A stretch of 64,000 nucleotides of DNA from an uncultured Methylomirabilota bacterium. GTDB taxonomy: Bacteria; Methylomirabilota; Methylomirabilia; Methylomirabilales; 2-02-FULL-66-22. Position numbers and translations under genes: made by a program. Location of the stretch: contig CAWJSJ010000002.1 of NCBI GenBank assembly GCA_963845565.1, forward strand, positions 1,696,001 through 1,760,000, given 5' to 3'. Position 1 is the first letter of the stretch. Every line of letters begins with the position of its first letter. The notes beneath the pieces are model-generated. The model searched no databases and was not told the origin of the DNA. It worked only from the letters and a program-made list of their open reading frames with translations. This document shows, in pieces, positions 46,517 to 56,745 of the stretch.

Positions 46517-47749
46517 GACCCGGCCGTCGTGGTCTTCGACGGAAAGCCAGTCGGTACAGGCCCGCACGTCTTCCAGCACACGCCCGCAGATCTCGTCGCA
46601 CACCAGGTAGCCCTTCGCGGTCAATCGGAGTATGCCGCCCTCCGCACAGGCGAGGTCCGCTTCGGTCATCCCTCTCAACATCTCGCGTTGCCGGGTTGCG
46701 AGATCGTACCCCAGGTCCGCGGTGAGGCCCACCAGGTCGAGGCCGCTGCTCCTGAGCCCCAGGAAGATCCGCTCGCTGACCATCTCGCGGATCCCGATCC
46801 GTTCCCTGCCGGCGACGGGCAGCGAGCCTTCCTGTAGCCGCTCCCGATAGCGGGACAGATCGGCGACGTTCCAGCAGCGCTCGCCGACCCTTCCCCCGGC
46901 CTCCGTCCGGAACGAATGCGCCGAGGGGCCCAGCCCGAGGTAGTCCTGATGACCCCAATAGGCGGCGTTGTGCCGGCAGCGGAAGCCCGGGAGGGCGTAG
47001 TTCGACACCTCGTAGTGCTCATATCCGTGCGCGGCGAACGCCTCCATGGTCCGTTCGTACATTCGCGCGTCGTCATCGGTGGAATGGGTGTGTACCGTGC
47101 CGGCATGCACCATGTGGGCGAGGGGGGTGTGTTCCTCGACGATCAGGTTGTAGGCGGCAAGATGCTGGGGCGCGAGGTCCGCGGCGGTGCGGAGGTTCTC
47201 CTCCCAGTGTTCCAGCGTTTGGCCCGGGATCGAGTAGATCAGGTCAATGCCGAGATTGTCGAAGCCGGCGGTGCGGCTGAGGTCAATACACCGGAACGCG
47301 TCGGCCGCGTTGTGGACGCGACCGAGAACATCGAGATCTTCGCCGCGAAACGACTGAATCCCGATGCTCAGCCGGTTGACGCCGAGGGACCGGAAGGTTC
47401 GCAGAGACTCCTTGTGCACCGTGCCGGGGTTTGCCTCCAGGGTAATCTCGGCGTCTGTCGCGATCTGAAACGCGGCGCGCAGGCGGGAGAGAATCCATTC
47501 AAGCTGTCGGGGGGTCAGCAACGACGGGGTGCCGCCGCCGAAGAAGACGGTCCGGAAGGCGGTTCCATCCTGCTCAGGGGCCCGGAGCGCGATCTCGCGC
47601 GCCAGCGCCGCCAGGAAGTCCTCGATCAGGTCGGGGCGCTCGACCGAATAGAAGTCGCAATAGAGGCACTTCCGCTCACAGAAGGGGATATGGATATAGA
47701 GAGATGGCAGCGGGCACCTCCCACCTCGTCGTTGGACTCGGCCTACCAT
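46475..47749 (-). CDS. hemW: Radical SAM heme chaperone HemW (HemN-like); start uncertain
   Basis: LYIHIPFCERKCLYCDF, FFGGGTPS, EANP, YEVSNY, HNAAYW and GLGPSAHS motifs. Confidence 0.9.
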   Translation of the reverse strand: MVGRVQRRGGRCPLPSLYIHIPFCERKCLYCDFYSVERPDLIEDFLAALAREIALRAPEQDGTAFRTVFFGGGTPSLLTPRQLEWILSRLRAAFQIATDAEITLEANPGTVHKESLRTFRSLGVNRLSIGIQSFRGEDLDVLGRVHNAADAFRCIDLSRTAGFDNLGIDLIYSIPGQTLEHWEENLRTAADLAPQHLAAYNLIVEEHTPLAHMVHAGTVHTHSTDDDARMYERTMEAFAAHGYEHYEVSNYALPGFRCRHNAAYWGHQDYLGLGPSAHSFRTEAGGRVGERCWNVADLSRYRERLQEGSLPVAGRERIGIREMVSERIFLGLRSSGLDLVGLTADLGYDLATRQREMLRGMTEADLACAEGGILRLTAKGYLVCDEICGRVLEDVRACTDWLSVEDHDGRVKPLSKNNLTGEIP

Positions 47750-47764
47750 CTGCGGACCGCGATT

Positions 47765-48466
47765 CTACGCCCACGGGCGTTCCAGCATCTCCCGGGTTTC
47801 CTCCACGGCCACCGTCCAGATGGCGTCCATCTCGGCGTCCGGGCGCTGGTGGTAGCCGCCGTAGTTCCCGTCGCCGAGCAGGGCGCGCAGCGCCGGCGGG
47901 TCCGAGAGGCGCACACGGTCCAGGTCCACCATGGGCTTTCGGTCGCCGGGCAGGGCGACGCCGGCGAGGCGCGTCCAGGGGAAATTCTCCATCCACGAGC
48001 CGTGCGAGGCGACCGGATCTATCTCCAGGACCTTCGCCCAGGTGCGCGGGGCTCTCCACCAGTCGTGGAAACGCACCCGCACGCCCGGGTGGTCCGCCAT
48101 CCACTCACCGGCCAGCGCCTGCGCGGGGGCGTTTCCGCCGTGTCCGTTCACCAGCAGGATCCGCCGGAAGCCGCTGTGTGCCAGGCTGTCGAGGAGGTCG
48201 CGGACGATCGCGAGATAGGTCTCGACCCGCAGGGACACCGAGCCCGGGTAGGCCCGGAAATACGGGCTGATCCCGTAGGGAAGGGCCGGAAACACCGGCA
48301 CGCCGAGCGGTTCCGCCGCCTCGACCGCCACCCGCTCGGCCAGGATGGCGTCGGTCCCCAGGCTGAGATGGGCGTGCTGCTCCGTGCTGCCCAGCGGGAG
48401 CACGGCCCGGTCCTCATGCCGCAGGTTCGCTTCGACCTGCATCCAGTTCCGTTGATAGATTCGCAT
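47765..48466 (-). CDS. Creatininase/amidohydrolase family protein
   Basis: LPLGSTEQHAHL, YPGSVSL, NGHGGN and HGSWME motifs. Confidence 0.9.
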   Translation of the reverse strand: MRIYQRNWMQVEANLRHEDRAVLPLGSTEQHAHLSLGTDAILAERVAVEAAEPLGVPVFPALPYGISPYFRAYPGSVSLRVETYLAIVRDLLDSLAHSGFRRILLVNGHGGNAPAQALAGEWMADHPGVRVRFHDWWRAPRTWAKVLEIDPVASHGSWMENFPWTRLAGVALPGDRKPMVDLDRVRLSDPPALRALLGDGNYGGYHQRPDAEMDAIWTVAVEETREMLERPWA

Positions 48467-48550
48467 CCGGCCTCCCGTTGATCTCGTTGCGTCAATCATG
48501 GGCAGAGACCGCCACGCCAAGCCGCGCTCGGCCACGGTCCGTGGGGGATG

Positions 48551-48579
48551 AGAATGGCCCGGGGGCGTGGTATTGTCAA
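48551..48579 (-). promoter_or_regulatory. sigma70-type promoter
   Basis: TTGACA-N17-CATTCT. Confidence 0.5.
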
Positions 48580-48728
48580 GGGCCGAGACGACTTCGATTT
48601 CGAGTTTGCCCTTGACAGTCCGGTTCCTGAGCGGGCATCCTGCCCCGGTCCCGAGGGAGCAAACGCCGGTCGCGAACTCGGCGCGAGATGTTCTGCGGCG
48701 TTCGACCACATCACAAATGGAGCCCGAC

Positions 48729-49496
48729 ATGGGAAACGGCAGCGCACCCGCGCGACTGTCCTACGAGGCGCTACTCGAACTGAAGCGCTGGAACACCCCG
48801 AGTGTGTACAACGGCTGGGAAGCCATCACCAGCAAGAATCGCGCGAAGGGCCACTTCAACCTGGAAGAGACGCGAGACTACATGCCGCAGATGGGGCCGA
48901 TGGTCGGCTATGCGATGACCGTGGTCATCGAGCCGAGCAACCCCGACCACCCGAAGACCAACCCGAATGTGTGGAGCGAGTACCGACGCTATGTCGCCGG
49001 TGCGCCCGGACCGAAGATCGTCGTCGTCCAGGATCTGGACAAACCGCAATTTGTCGGCGCGTATTGGGGCGAGGTCAACAGCAATACCCACCGGGCGCTG
49101 GGGTGCGTGGGGACGATCGTCGATGGGACCATCCGCGACGTGGACGAGATGTGCAACGCCGGGTTCAAGGCCCTCGCCAAGCGCACCAGCGTCGGCCACG
49201 CGTATTCCGTGCCGGTCCGATGGAACTGCGACGTAGAGGTGTTCGGGTGCCCGGTGCGGCCGGGCCAGCTGATTCACGCCGATAAACATGGATTCCTGGT
49301 CGTGCCGGAAGAAGACGAGGCCGCGCTGCTCGACGCCTGCCGCTTCATGGACGCCAACGAGTGCCGCACGCTGATCCCGGCGGCCCGGGCCACGGCAGGC
49401 AAGACCATGGACGAGATCCTCCGCGGTATGGACGAGGCCGGGCGGCAGTTCGACAAGGCGGCGCGCGCCCGGTTCGGCGCCAAGGGGGAGTGGTAA
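48729..49496 (+). CDS. RraA/HMG-CHA aldolase family protein
   Basis: NTPSVYN, MVGYAMT, AYWGEVN, DGTIRDVDE and PGQLIHADKHG motifs. Confidence 0.85.
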   Translation: MGNGSAPARLSYEALLELKRWNTPSVYNGWEAITSKNRAKGHFNLEETRDYMPQMGPMVGYAMTVVIEPSNPDHPKTNPNVWSEYRRYVAGAPGPKIVVVQDLDKPQFVGAYWGEVNSNTHRALGCVGTIVDGTIRDVDEMCNAGFKALAKRTSVGHAYSVPVRWNCDVEVFGCPVRPGQLIHADKHGFLVVPEEDEAALLDACRFMDANECRTLIPAARATAGKTMDEILRGMDEAGRQFDKAARARFGAKGEW

Positions 49497-49571
49497 ACGC
49501 CGACGCCGAACCTTTTTTTGACGAAGCGGATGAGCTTGCCGAGACGCACGACAGCAAGGGGAGGGGGGGCG

Positions 49572-50348
49572 ATGCGACAAACACGGATGACCGGAGTGCT
49601 GGCCGGACTGTTCTTCGCTGTAGCGGCAGGCAATGCCGTTCCGGCGGGCGCGGCCGAGATCCGGGTCCTGAGCGCAGGCGCGGTGAAGGCGGCGGTCGTG
49701 GACCTGGCGAAAGACTTCGAGCGCGACACCGGCCACACGGTCCGGTTCACCTTTGCCACCGTGGGCGTCCTGCAGAAGAAGATCGCCGAGGGGGAGACCG
49801 CCGACCTCTTCATCATGACCGACGTGGCACTTGAGGAGCAGATGCGCAACGGCACGGTCGCGGTCGGAAGTCGCACCGACATCGCACGGGTGGGGGTTGG
49901 GGTCGCGGTGCGGGCGGGGTCGCGCCTGCCGGACATCTCTACCACGGAGGCGTTCAGGCAGACGGTGCTGGCGGCGACGTCGATTGTCTACATGGATCCG
50001 ACCAAGGGGGGCACCAGCGGAATCCATTTCGCGGCCGTGCTGCAGCGGCTGGGGATTGCCGATCAGGTGCGGGAGAAGACGACGCTCTGGCCCGAGGGCT
50101 ACGCCGCCGAGGCGGTGGCCAAGGGCGACGTCGAGCTCTGCATCCACCAGATCAGCGAGATCCTGGCCGTCAAGGGGGTCACGCTCGCGGGCCCGCTCCC
50201 ACGGGAACTGCAAAAAGTGAGCGTCTATTCCGCAGGCGTGGCTGCGCGGGCGAGCGCGCCGGAGGCGGCGACCATGTTCCTCGCCTTCCTCCAGACCCCA
50301 TCGTCGCGGGCCAAGTTCAAGCAGGTCGGTCTCGACTACACGGAATGA
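49572..50348 (+). CDS. ModA-like periplasmic binding-fold protein (orphan)
   Basis: Signal peptide, VLSAGAV, GVGVAVRAG, GTSGIHF, QISEI and GPLPRELQ motifs; no permease adjacent. Confidence 0.85.
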   Translation: MRQTRMTGVLAGLFFAVAAGNAVPAGAAEIRVLSAGAVKAAVVDLAKDFERDTGHTVRFTFATVGVLQKKIAEGETADLFIMTDVALEEQMRNGTVAVGSRTDIARVGVGVAVRAGSRLPDISTTEAFRQTVLAATSIVYMDPTKGGTSGIHFAAVLQRLGIADQVREKTTLWPEGYAAEAVAKGDVELCIHQISEILAVKGVTLAGPLPRELQKVSVYSAGVAARASAPEAATMFLAFLQTPSSRAKFKQVGLDYTE

Positions 50349-50368
50349 TCCCGGCCGGCGGCGGCCCC

Positions 50369-51055
50369 CTAGCGCCGAGGTGGCCCCGGCGGTGGGGTAC
50401 GGCTCGCCACGATCTTGGTCAGAACTTCTCTGGCGTGGCTCTCCAGTGCCAGCCATCGGATGCTGTGGCGGTATCCGCTTTCGTCCGCCGGCCGCCCGTG
50501 TCCGATATCGGCCGCCACGACCTCCGCGCGTCCACGAAAGACCAGCCCGTCCACCACCATGAAGACCTCCACCTGGGCGAAGCGCGGGAGACGCTTGGCG
50601 ACGCACACCTGCGCACCGCCCAGACTCACATCGATGATCTCGCCGCTCACGGGCGGGCTCGGCCAGAAATCCTTGGCATCCAGGAGGCGGCACTCCACCC
50701 GAACATTGAGGGTCACCCGCGGGTGTTGGCGAGCGGGCTGCGCTCCTCCCCGTCCCTCCGTACCGACGGTGAGGCTGCTGCCCTGCTCCATGTGGGTGAT
50801 CTTAGAAGAGGGCGGCACGTAGATCACGCCCCGGCCGATCAGCGTCTTCTCCACGTGGGAGAGTGCCCGGACGAGGCTCGGCAGCAGGCTGGCCGGTATG
50901 GCGACGGCTTCCGCGGCGCGCACCGGTTCCGCGCCGGCGGCGCCGGTACGCCCGTACATCCGCAATTCCACCTGCGGGTCACCCTCCTCGGTCCGGAGCG
51001 AGATCCACATCTCCTCCGTCTGGTTGTACAGCAGTCGCTCGAGTCTCTCAGCCAT
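50369..51055 (-). CDS. PC4/YdbC-like domain fused to PilZ domain
   Basis: N-terminal EEMWISL...VELRMY...IPASLLPSLVRAL; C-terminal RQHPR and DVSLGG. Confidence 0.7.
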   Translation of the reverse strand: MAERLERLLYNQTEEMWISLRTEEGDPQVELRMYGRTGAAGAEPVRAAEAVAIPASLLPSLVRALSHVEKTLIGRGVIYVPPSSKITHMEQGSSLTVGTEGRGGAQPARQHPRVTLNVRVECRLLDAKDFWPSPPVSGEIIDVSLGGAQVCVAKRLPRFAQVEVFMVVDGLVFRGRAEVVAADIGHGRPADESGYRHSIRWLALESHAREVLTKIVASRTPPPGPPRR

Positions 51056-51311
51056 GATCAGATCTCCAGCACGTTGGGGACGGGCCGTCGAGGCCTACGA
51101 CCCCGTCCAGTGCGCATCCCGAGCCCCCGACGGTTCAAGACGAATACGCCCCAGTGACGGCGATGACCGGAATCGCCCGGTGAATGACCCGGTCCATGTG
51201 GAACCTACCGAACGGATGACCGAATGTCAATCCAGAGAGCGGTCTACCGAGGCGGCCCTTTCGGCACACCTTCCCGCGCGACGTCAGCCGCGCCGCCGCC
51301 GTGTTTCCCGG

Positions 51312-52434
51312 CTAGCGGGCCAGCAGGGCCAGGATCGCGCCGCCGGCCATCACCGAGCCGATCTGGCCGGCCGTGTTCGATCCCATGGCGTGCATGAGGA
51401 GGAAGTTGTTCGGGTTGGCCTCCAGGCCGACCCGGTTGACGACCCGGGCCGACATGGGGAAGGCGGAGATGCCCGAGGCGCCGATCAGCGGGTTCACCTT
51501 GCCGCGGGAGACGAGGCAGAGCAGCTTGCCGAAGCCGAGTCCCGCCACGGTGTCCAGGGCGAACGCGACCAGACCCATGCCGAGGATGAACAGCGTCTGG
51601 GCCGTGAGGAACTTGTCGGCGGACATGGTGGAGCCGATGGTCAGGCCCAGGAAGATGGTGACCACGTTGATCAGCTCGTTCTGGGCGGCATTGGACAGGC
51701 GCTCCACGACCCCGGCCTCACGCAGCAGATTGCCGAACATCAGCATGCCGATCAGGGGGGTCGACATCGGGGCGATCAGGCCGCAGACCAGGGTGGTCAC
51801 GATGGGAAAGAGGACCCGAGTGGCCTTCGAGACCGGCCTCGTCGGTGTAGGGCATCACGATGGCCCGCTCTGCCGGCGTGGTGAGCGCCCGCATGATGGG
51901 CGGCTGGATGATCGGGACCAGGGACATGTACGAATACGCCGCCACGGCGATGGGTGCCAGCAGGTCGGGCGCCAGGATGGAGGCCACGTAGATGGAGGTC
52001 GGTCCGTCGGCGGAGCCGATGATGCCGATGGAGGCCGCCTGGTTGATGTCGAACCCGAGGAGGGTCGCCATGAGCAGGGTGCCGAAGATCCCGAACTGGG
52101 CCGCGGCGCCGAGGATCACCGTATAGGGCCGCTCCAGCAGGGGGCCGAAATCGGTCATGGCCCCGACACCGATGAAGATCAGCAGCGGGAACAGCTCGTT
52201 CTTGATGCCCATGGCGTAGAGGACGCCGAAGAGACCCTCGACCTCCGTCATCCCGGTGACGGGGATGTTGGTCAGGATGCAGCCGATTCCGATCGGGAGC
52301 AGCAGGACCGGCTCGTATTCCTTGACGATGGCCAGGTAGATCAGGATCCCGCCGACCAGGATCATGACCAGGTGGCCCCATCCGAAATTTGCGAAACCCT
52401 CAACCAGCTTGGCGGTGACCTTCGGATCAATCAT
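51312..52434 (-). CDS. oadB: Na+-translocating decarboxylase beta subunit (one frameshift near 51840)
   Basis: [56 protein letters not shown] and HAMGSNTAG motifs. Confidence 0.9.
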
Positions 52435-52508
52435 GCCCGTTCACCTGTTGGCGGAAGAGTTGGCGACACATCCGACCGCAGTCGACGGCGGCCGGCGTGG
52501 TAACCGGT

Positions 52509-53799
52509 TTACTCGAGCACCAGCAGCGGCGCCCCGAAGGCCACGGCTCTGGCCCGGCGCGACCAGGACCTCCCGGACCGTGCCCTCCCGCTGCGCCTTG
52601 ACGCTGTTCCCCATCTTCATGGCTTCGATGACGCAGAGCTCGTCCCCCTGCTGCACGCGGTCGCCCGCCTTCACCGCGACCGACAAGATCTTGCCGGGGA
52701 GCGGGGCGGTGACCGGTTGCCCGGCGCCGGCCGCGGGGGCGGTCGGAGCGGGCGCGGGGGCGACGGCTGCGGCGGGGGCCATAGGTTTCGCCGTCTCGCG
52801 GACGATCTCCACGCGCTCGGTCCGCCCGTCGATCACGACGGTGGCCGTGCTCCCGGCGGTGTCTTTCACCTCGACCGTGTGGGCCTGGCCGTTCACGAGA
52901 ATCCGGGCGGCGTCCGACTTGTCCCGCTCCACCCGGTAGCTCGTTCCGTCGAGGGACACCGTGGCGGCACCGTCACTGCCGGCCACCTCGACCTTGTGAA
53001 GCGTCCCGCCGGAGGTGAGGGTGAACGCCCGCGGCGTCGAGGGCGCTTGCCGCCCCACGTCCACCTTCTGCGTCACGCCGTCGATCACGACGGTGGCCGT
53101 GCTTCCGGCGACCTCCTTCACCTCGATGGTGTGCACCTGGCCGTTCACCAGCAGCTTGGTGCGGTCGCCGGCATCACGCCGCACCTCGTAGCGCGTGCCG
53201 TCGAACATCACCGCAAGCGCCCCGGCGCCCATGGGCACCAGCTCCACCGCATGCGCCTTCCCCGCGATCCCGAGGGTGAAGACTGATGGCTCCGCTATCT
53301 CGATAGAAGCCGGCGCCGCAGGCGCGGCGACCGGTGCGGTCGGCCGGGAGGCCGCCGCCGCGGTGGAGGCAAGCAACACGAGGGGCGCGCCAAAGGCCAC
53401 GGTGTTTCCCTGGGCGACGCACACCTCGGCGACGAAGGCCTCCCGCGGGGCCTTGACGCTGTTCCCCATCTTCATGGCTTCGATGACACAGAGCTCGTCC
53501 CCCTTCTGCACGCGGTCGCCCGCCTTCACCGCAACGGACAGGACCTTGCCGGGGAGCGGGGCGTTGACGGCTTCGGTCGCTGCTACGGCGACCGGCGGCG
53601 GCGCGGTGACCGTCATGCCGGCCGGCACGGCCACGGTTGAGCTCGGCGCCGGGTCCGGCGCCGCCGACAGGATATCTTTGCCGGTGGCCACGGCGAAGAC
53701 CTTGGTGAGGAGCATGATCGCCACCATGAGCACGAGCAGGGCGAGGAACACGATGCCCAACCCGTATATCGTGACATTCAAAGCTAGCATGAAGTCCAT
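52509..53799 (-). CDS. OadG-type membrane anchor fused to two biotinyl domains (frameshift near 52547; corrected end ...VAFGAPLLVLE-TAA)
   Basis: N-terminal TM GLGIVFLALLVL; two PLPGK...EAMKM domains; repeated VNG/IDG beta segments. Confidence 0.82.
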
Positions 53800-53840
53800 G
53801 CCGTCATTCCTCCCTCGTGCGCTGTGGAATGTCGTTCAGG

Positions 53841-55250
53841 TTACTTCGCGCCCACGGCGACGGCGATCGCGGCCAATTGGTCCCCGCTGAGGCCGGCCGG
53901 CGGCTTGCCGCGGCCGGCGAGGAACTCCTTGGCCACCTGCGGGAACAGGACGTAGGAAAGCACGTCCTCCTCGTTCTTGGCCAGCGCGCCGATCTCGGCC
54001 TTGGCCTTCTCCATCTCCGGCTCCAGCAGGTCGGCAGGGCGGCAGGTGATGGGGGCCTCGTCGCCCAGGATCTGCTTCTGGAAAGCCGCACCGATGGGGG
54101 CGGGGGTGCGACCGTACATCCCCTTCACGATGTTCCGAACTTCTTTCGGCACCATCTTGTAGCGCTCGCCCGTGAGCACGTTCAGGACCGCCTGCGATCC
54201 GCAGATCTGGCTGGAAGGTGTGACCAGCGGTGGAAACCCCAGATCCGCCCGCACGCGAGGGATCTCCTTCAGCACCTCGGGAAGCTTGTCCTCCTGGTTT
54301 TGTTCCCGCAGTTGATTCACGAGATTGGAGATCATCCCGCCGGGAACCTGGAACTGGAGGACGTTGGTATCCACCCCGTAGGTCCTCATTTCCAGATGGG
54401 CGTATCCTTTGCGCACCGACGCGAAGTGCTTCCCGATGGCCGACAGCTTGGCGAGGTCCAATCCCGTGGCCCGCGGGGTGCCCGCCATCGCCGCCACCAC
54501 GCTCTCCGTCGGGGGTTGAGATGTCCCCAAGGACATGCTGGAGATGGCGCAGTCCACGATGTCCACGCCGGCTTCCGCCGCCTGGAAGTACGCCATGGAC
54601 GCCATGCCGCTGGTGTAGTGGGAGTGCAGCGAGATGGGCACGGCGGTGACGGCCTTGAGCCGACCGACCAGGTCGGCGGCGTCGGTGGGGGAGATCAGGC
54701 CCCCCATGTCCTTGATGCAGAGCGAGTCCGCGCCGTACTGGAGGAGCTCCGTAAAGGTCTTCACGAAGCCTTCGTTGCTGTGCACGGGACTCAGGGTGTA
54801 GCACACCGAGGCCTGCAGATGCCCGCCGTACTTCTTGACCGCGCGCATGGCGGCTTCCATGTTGCGGATGTCGTTGAAGGCATCGAAGATGCGGAAGACT
54901 TGCATGCCGTTCTCGACCGCGCGGGCGACGAAACGCTCCACCACGTCGTCGGCATAGTGGCGGTACCCCACGACGTTCTGGCCGCGCAGCAGCATCTGGA
55001 GGCGCGTCTTGGGCATCCGCTTTCGCATGATCCGCAACCGCTCCCAGGGGTCCTCGTTCAGGAAGCGCATACAGGCATCGAAGGTGGCGCCACCCCAGAC
55101 TTCCAGCGACCAGTAGCCGACGTCGTCGAGCAGTTCCATGGCCGGGATCATGTCCTCGGTCCGCATCCGGGTGGCCAGGAGCGATTGGTGGCTGTCGCGC
55201 AGGACGGTGTCGCAGATACCAAGCGGCGTCTTCGTCTGACTCTGGGTCAC
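53841..55250 (-). CDS. oadA: Oxaloacetate decarboxylase alpha-type carboxyltransferase lacking a biotinyl domain
   Basis: DTVLRDSHQSLLATR, WGGATFD, LLRGQN, CIKDMGG, HSHYTSG, QVPGGM and LVTPSSQI motifs; GGAGG RBS before GTG. Confidence 0.88.
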   Translation of the reverse strand: MTQSQTKTPLGICDTVLRDSHQSLLATRMRTEDMIPAMELLDDVGYWSLEVWGGATFDACMRFLNEDPWERLRIMRKRMPKTRLQMLLRGQNVVGYRHYADDVVERFVARAVENGMQVFRIFDAFNDIRNMEAAMRAVKKYGGHLQASVCYTLSPVHSNEGFVKTFTELLQYGADSLCIKDMGGLISPTDAADLVGRLKAVTAVPISLHSHYTSGMASMAYFQAAEAGVDIVDCAISSMSLGTSQPPTESVVAAMAGTPRATGLDLAKLSAIGKHFASVRKGYAHLEMRTYGVDTNVLQFQVPGGMISNLVNQLREQNQEDKLPEVLKEIPRVRADLGFPPLVTPSSQICGSQAVLNVLTGERYKMVPKEVRNIVKGMYGRTPAPIGAAFQKQILGDEAPITCRPADLLEPEMEKAKAEIGALAKNEEDVLSYVLFPQVAKEFLAGRGKPPAGLSGDQLAAIAVAVGAK

Positions 55251-55337
55251 GGTCCCACCTCCATGTTCGCGACGGACTCTCGGCCGTCGCGTCGAACGCC
55301 CGGGCGCCCTTCGCCCGCGTGGCGGGCACAGTTGCAT

Positions 55338-55500
55338 ACGTACCAAAGGGGAAACGGGCTAGCGGGTGGTGATGGGTCGCGTTGCCCGACACCTTCGGCT
55401 CGACGCATGCCTGCGCCGAGAGTGGCGATCAGCCCCGCAGAACGGACTCCGCATCAGCGAGCCCTGTATACGAAACACCACCCACGCCCGCATGATACGC
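55338..55500 (-). ncRNA. Candidate structured RNA in oad leader
   Basis: Nested long-range stems (GGGTGGTG/CACCACCC, CGGGC/GCCCG, GGCTCG/CGAGCC, CTGCG/CGCAG); G-U pairs favour the minus strand. Confidence 0.35.
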
Positions 55501-55543
55501 ATTTGCCATCAACGCGGCAGGGAAACCTCCGCCGACGCCCCTG

Positions 55544-55573
55544 AACATGGCCCCGAGCCGCGGGGGATGTCAA
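55544..55573 (-). promoter_or_regulatory. sigma70-type promoter upstream of oad leader
   Basis: TTGACA-N18-CATGTT. Confidence 0.35.
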
Positions 55574-55844
55574 GTGCAAATCGCGCAGAGGCTCGGTCGA
55601 GTGCACATCTAGGCCCCTCGACGGGTGCTCCCGACCAACTGGCAGCGGTCAACGGACCACAGGTCGGACCGCCTGCGAATGGGATCGAGATCCACCGCCA
55701 GGAGGGGGCAGCCACGGAGAGAAGGTCTTGGGATACGCGAATGAGGGGGGCGGGCGTCTGGTTTCGAAAACAGGCACCCGCCGCCTCTTGATTTCGCACC
55801 ATTTCTTAGCAATAATCACCCCATACTTTCCACCTGGAGGACTT

Positions 55845-56318
55845 ATGAACGCGTGGTCTGGTCGCTTCGTGGTCGCGTGGGTGGCATTCGGTGTCCTGTC
55901 CGGGGGCTGGCTGGCGGTGACATGGGCCGGCGAAGGCCATCGCTCTGGCATGGCACACGGGGGAACCGCGATGCAGCACGGCAGGATGGAGGTCGGCGAC
56001 GCGGCGGCGCCTCCTGCGGTGACGCTGGTGGTTCACAAGGATCTCAAAGCGGGGTGGAATCTGCAGGTGCGGGCGGAGAACTTTCGATTCGCGCCGGAAC
56101 ATGCCAGCACCGCGCACGTGGCCGGCGAGGGGCATGCGCACTCGTTCATCGACGGGAAGAAGATCACCCGTCTGTACGGGGAGTGGTACCACGTGCCCGC
56201 GCTGACACCGGGGGTCCACAAGATCACCGTGACGCTCAACGCCAATTCGCACGAGGATCTCACGGTCAGGGGTAAGGTGGTGTCCGATACCAAGGAGGTC
56301 CACGTTCCGTCCAAGTGA
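55845..56318 (+). CDS. Secreted His/Met-rich protein (putative metal binding)
   Basis: GGAGG RBS, signal peptide, HRSGMAHGGTAMQH, GEGHAH and NANSH motifs. Confidence 0.75.
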   Translation: MNAWSGRFVVAWVAFGVLSGGWLAVTWAGEGHRSGMAHGGTAMQHGRMEVGDAAAPPAVTLVVHKDLKAGWNLQVRAENFRFAPEHASTAHVAGEGHAHSFIDGKKITRLYGEWYHVPALTPGVHKITVTLNANSHEDLTVRGKVVSDTKEVHVPSK

Positions 56319-56525
56319 GACGGTTCGGCTCGGACGGCTTCTGCCGTTCCGCGTTCTGTGCGGGGCAGCCGAGGCGGCGTCGGGCTGTCGCTGTGCCAGG
56401 CCGAGAGGATCGGCACCGAACGCGGGTCCGCGGTACCGCAGCGCGTGGTGGTGCGGCGGCACGGGCGGCTCGATCCGCTGGCATCGAACCGGTGGGATTC
56501 TCCGGTCGGTCGAGGAGGAGGGGCC

Positions 56526-56745
56526 ATGGAGCGCAGGTACTGGGTCTCGTTCATCGTGATCGCTTTCGTGATCGGACTCGTGATCGGCTTCGGCTCGGCC
56601 TTTCAAGGCATCCCGGGTTGTCGAACTGGAGAAGCAAGTACAACAACTGACCCAGGACAACGCCGACCTCCGGGGAAAGCTCGCGACGACCGCCGTGCCA
56701 ACGACCCCAGCGCCGGGAGCGGCGGGCCCGCCTGCGAAACCGTAA
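56526..56745 (+). CDS. Small membrane-anchored coiled-coil protein (frameshift near 56600)
   Basis: GGAGG RBS, MERRYWVSFIVIAFVIGLVIGFG, then in another frame ASRVVELEKQVQQLTQDNADLRGKL...PAKP-TAA. Confidence 0.55.

Noticed and set aside
55338..55500. Calling the oad leader 6S RNA or a c-di-AMP riboswitch
   Set aside because: Only the overall shape or partial 5' words resemble them and the conserved 3' elements were not found; kept as an unassigned candidate.
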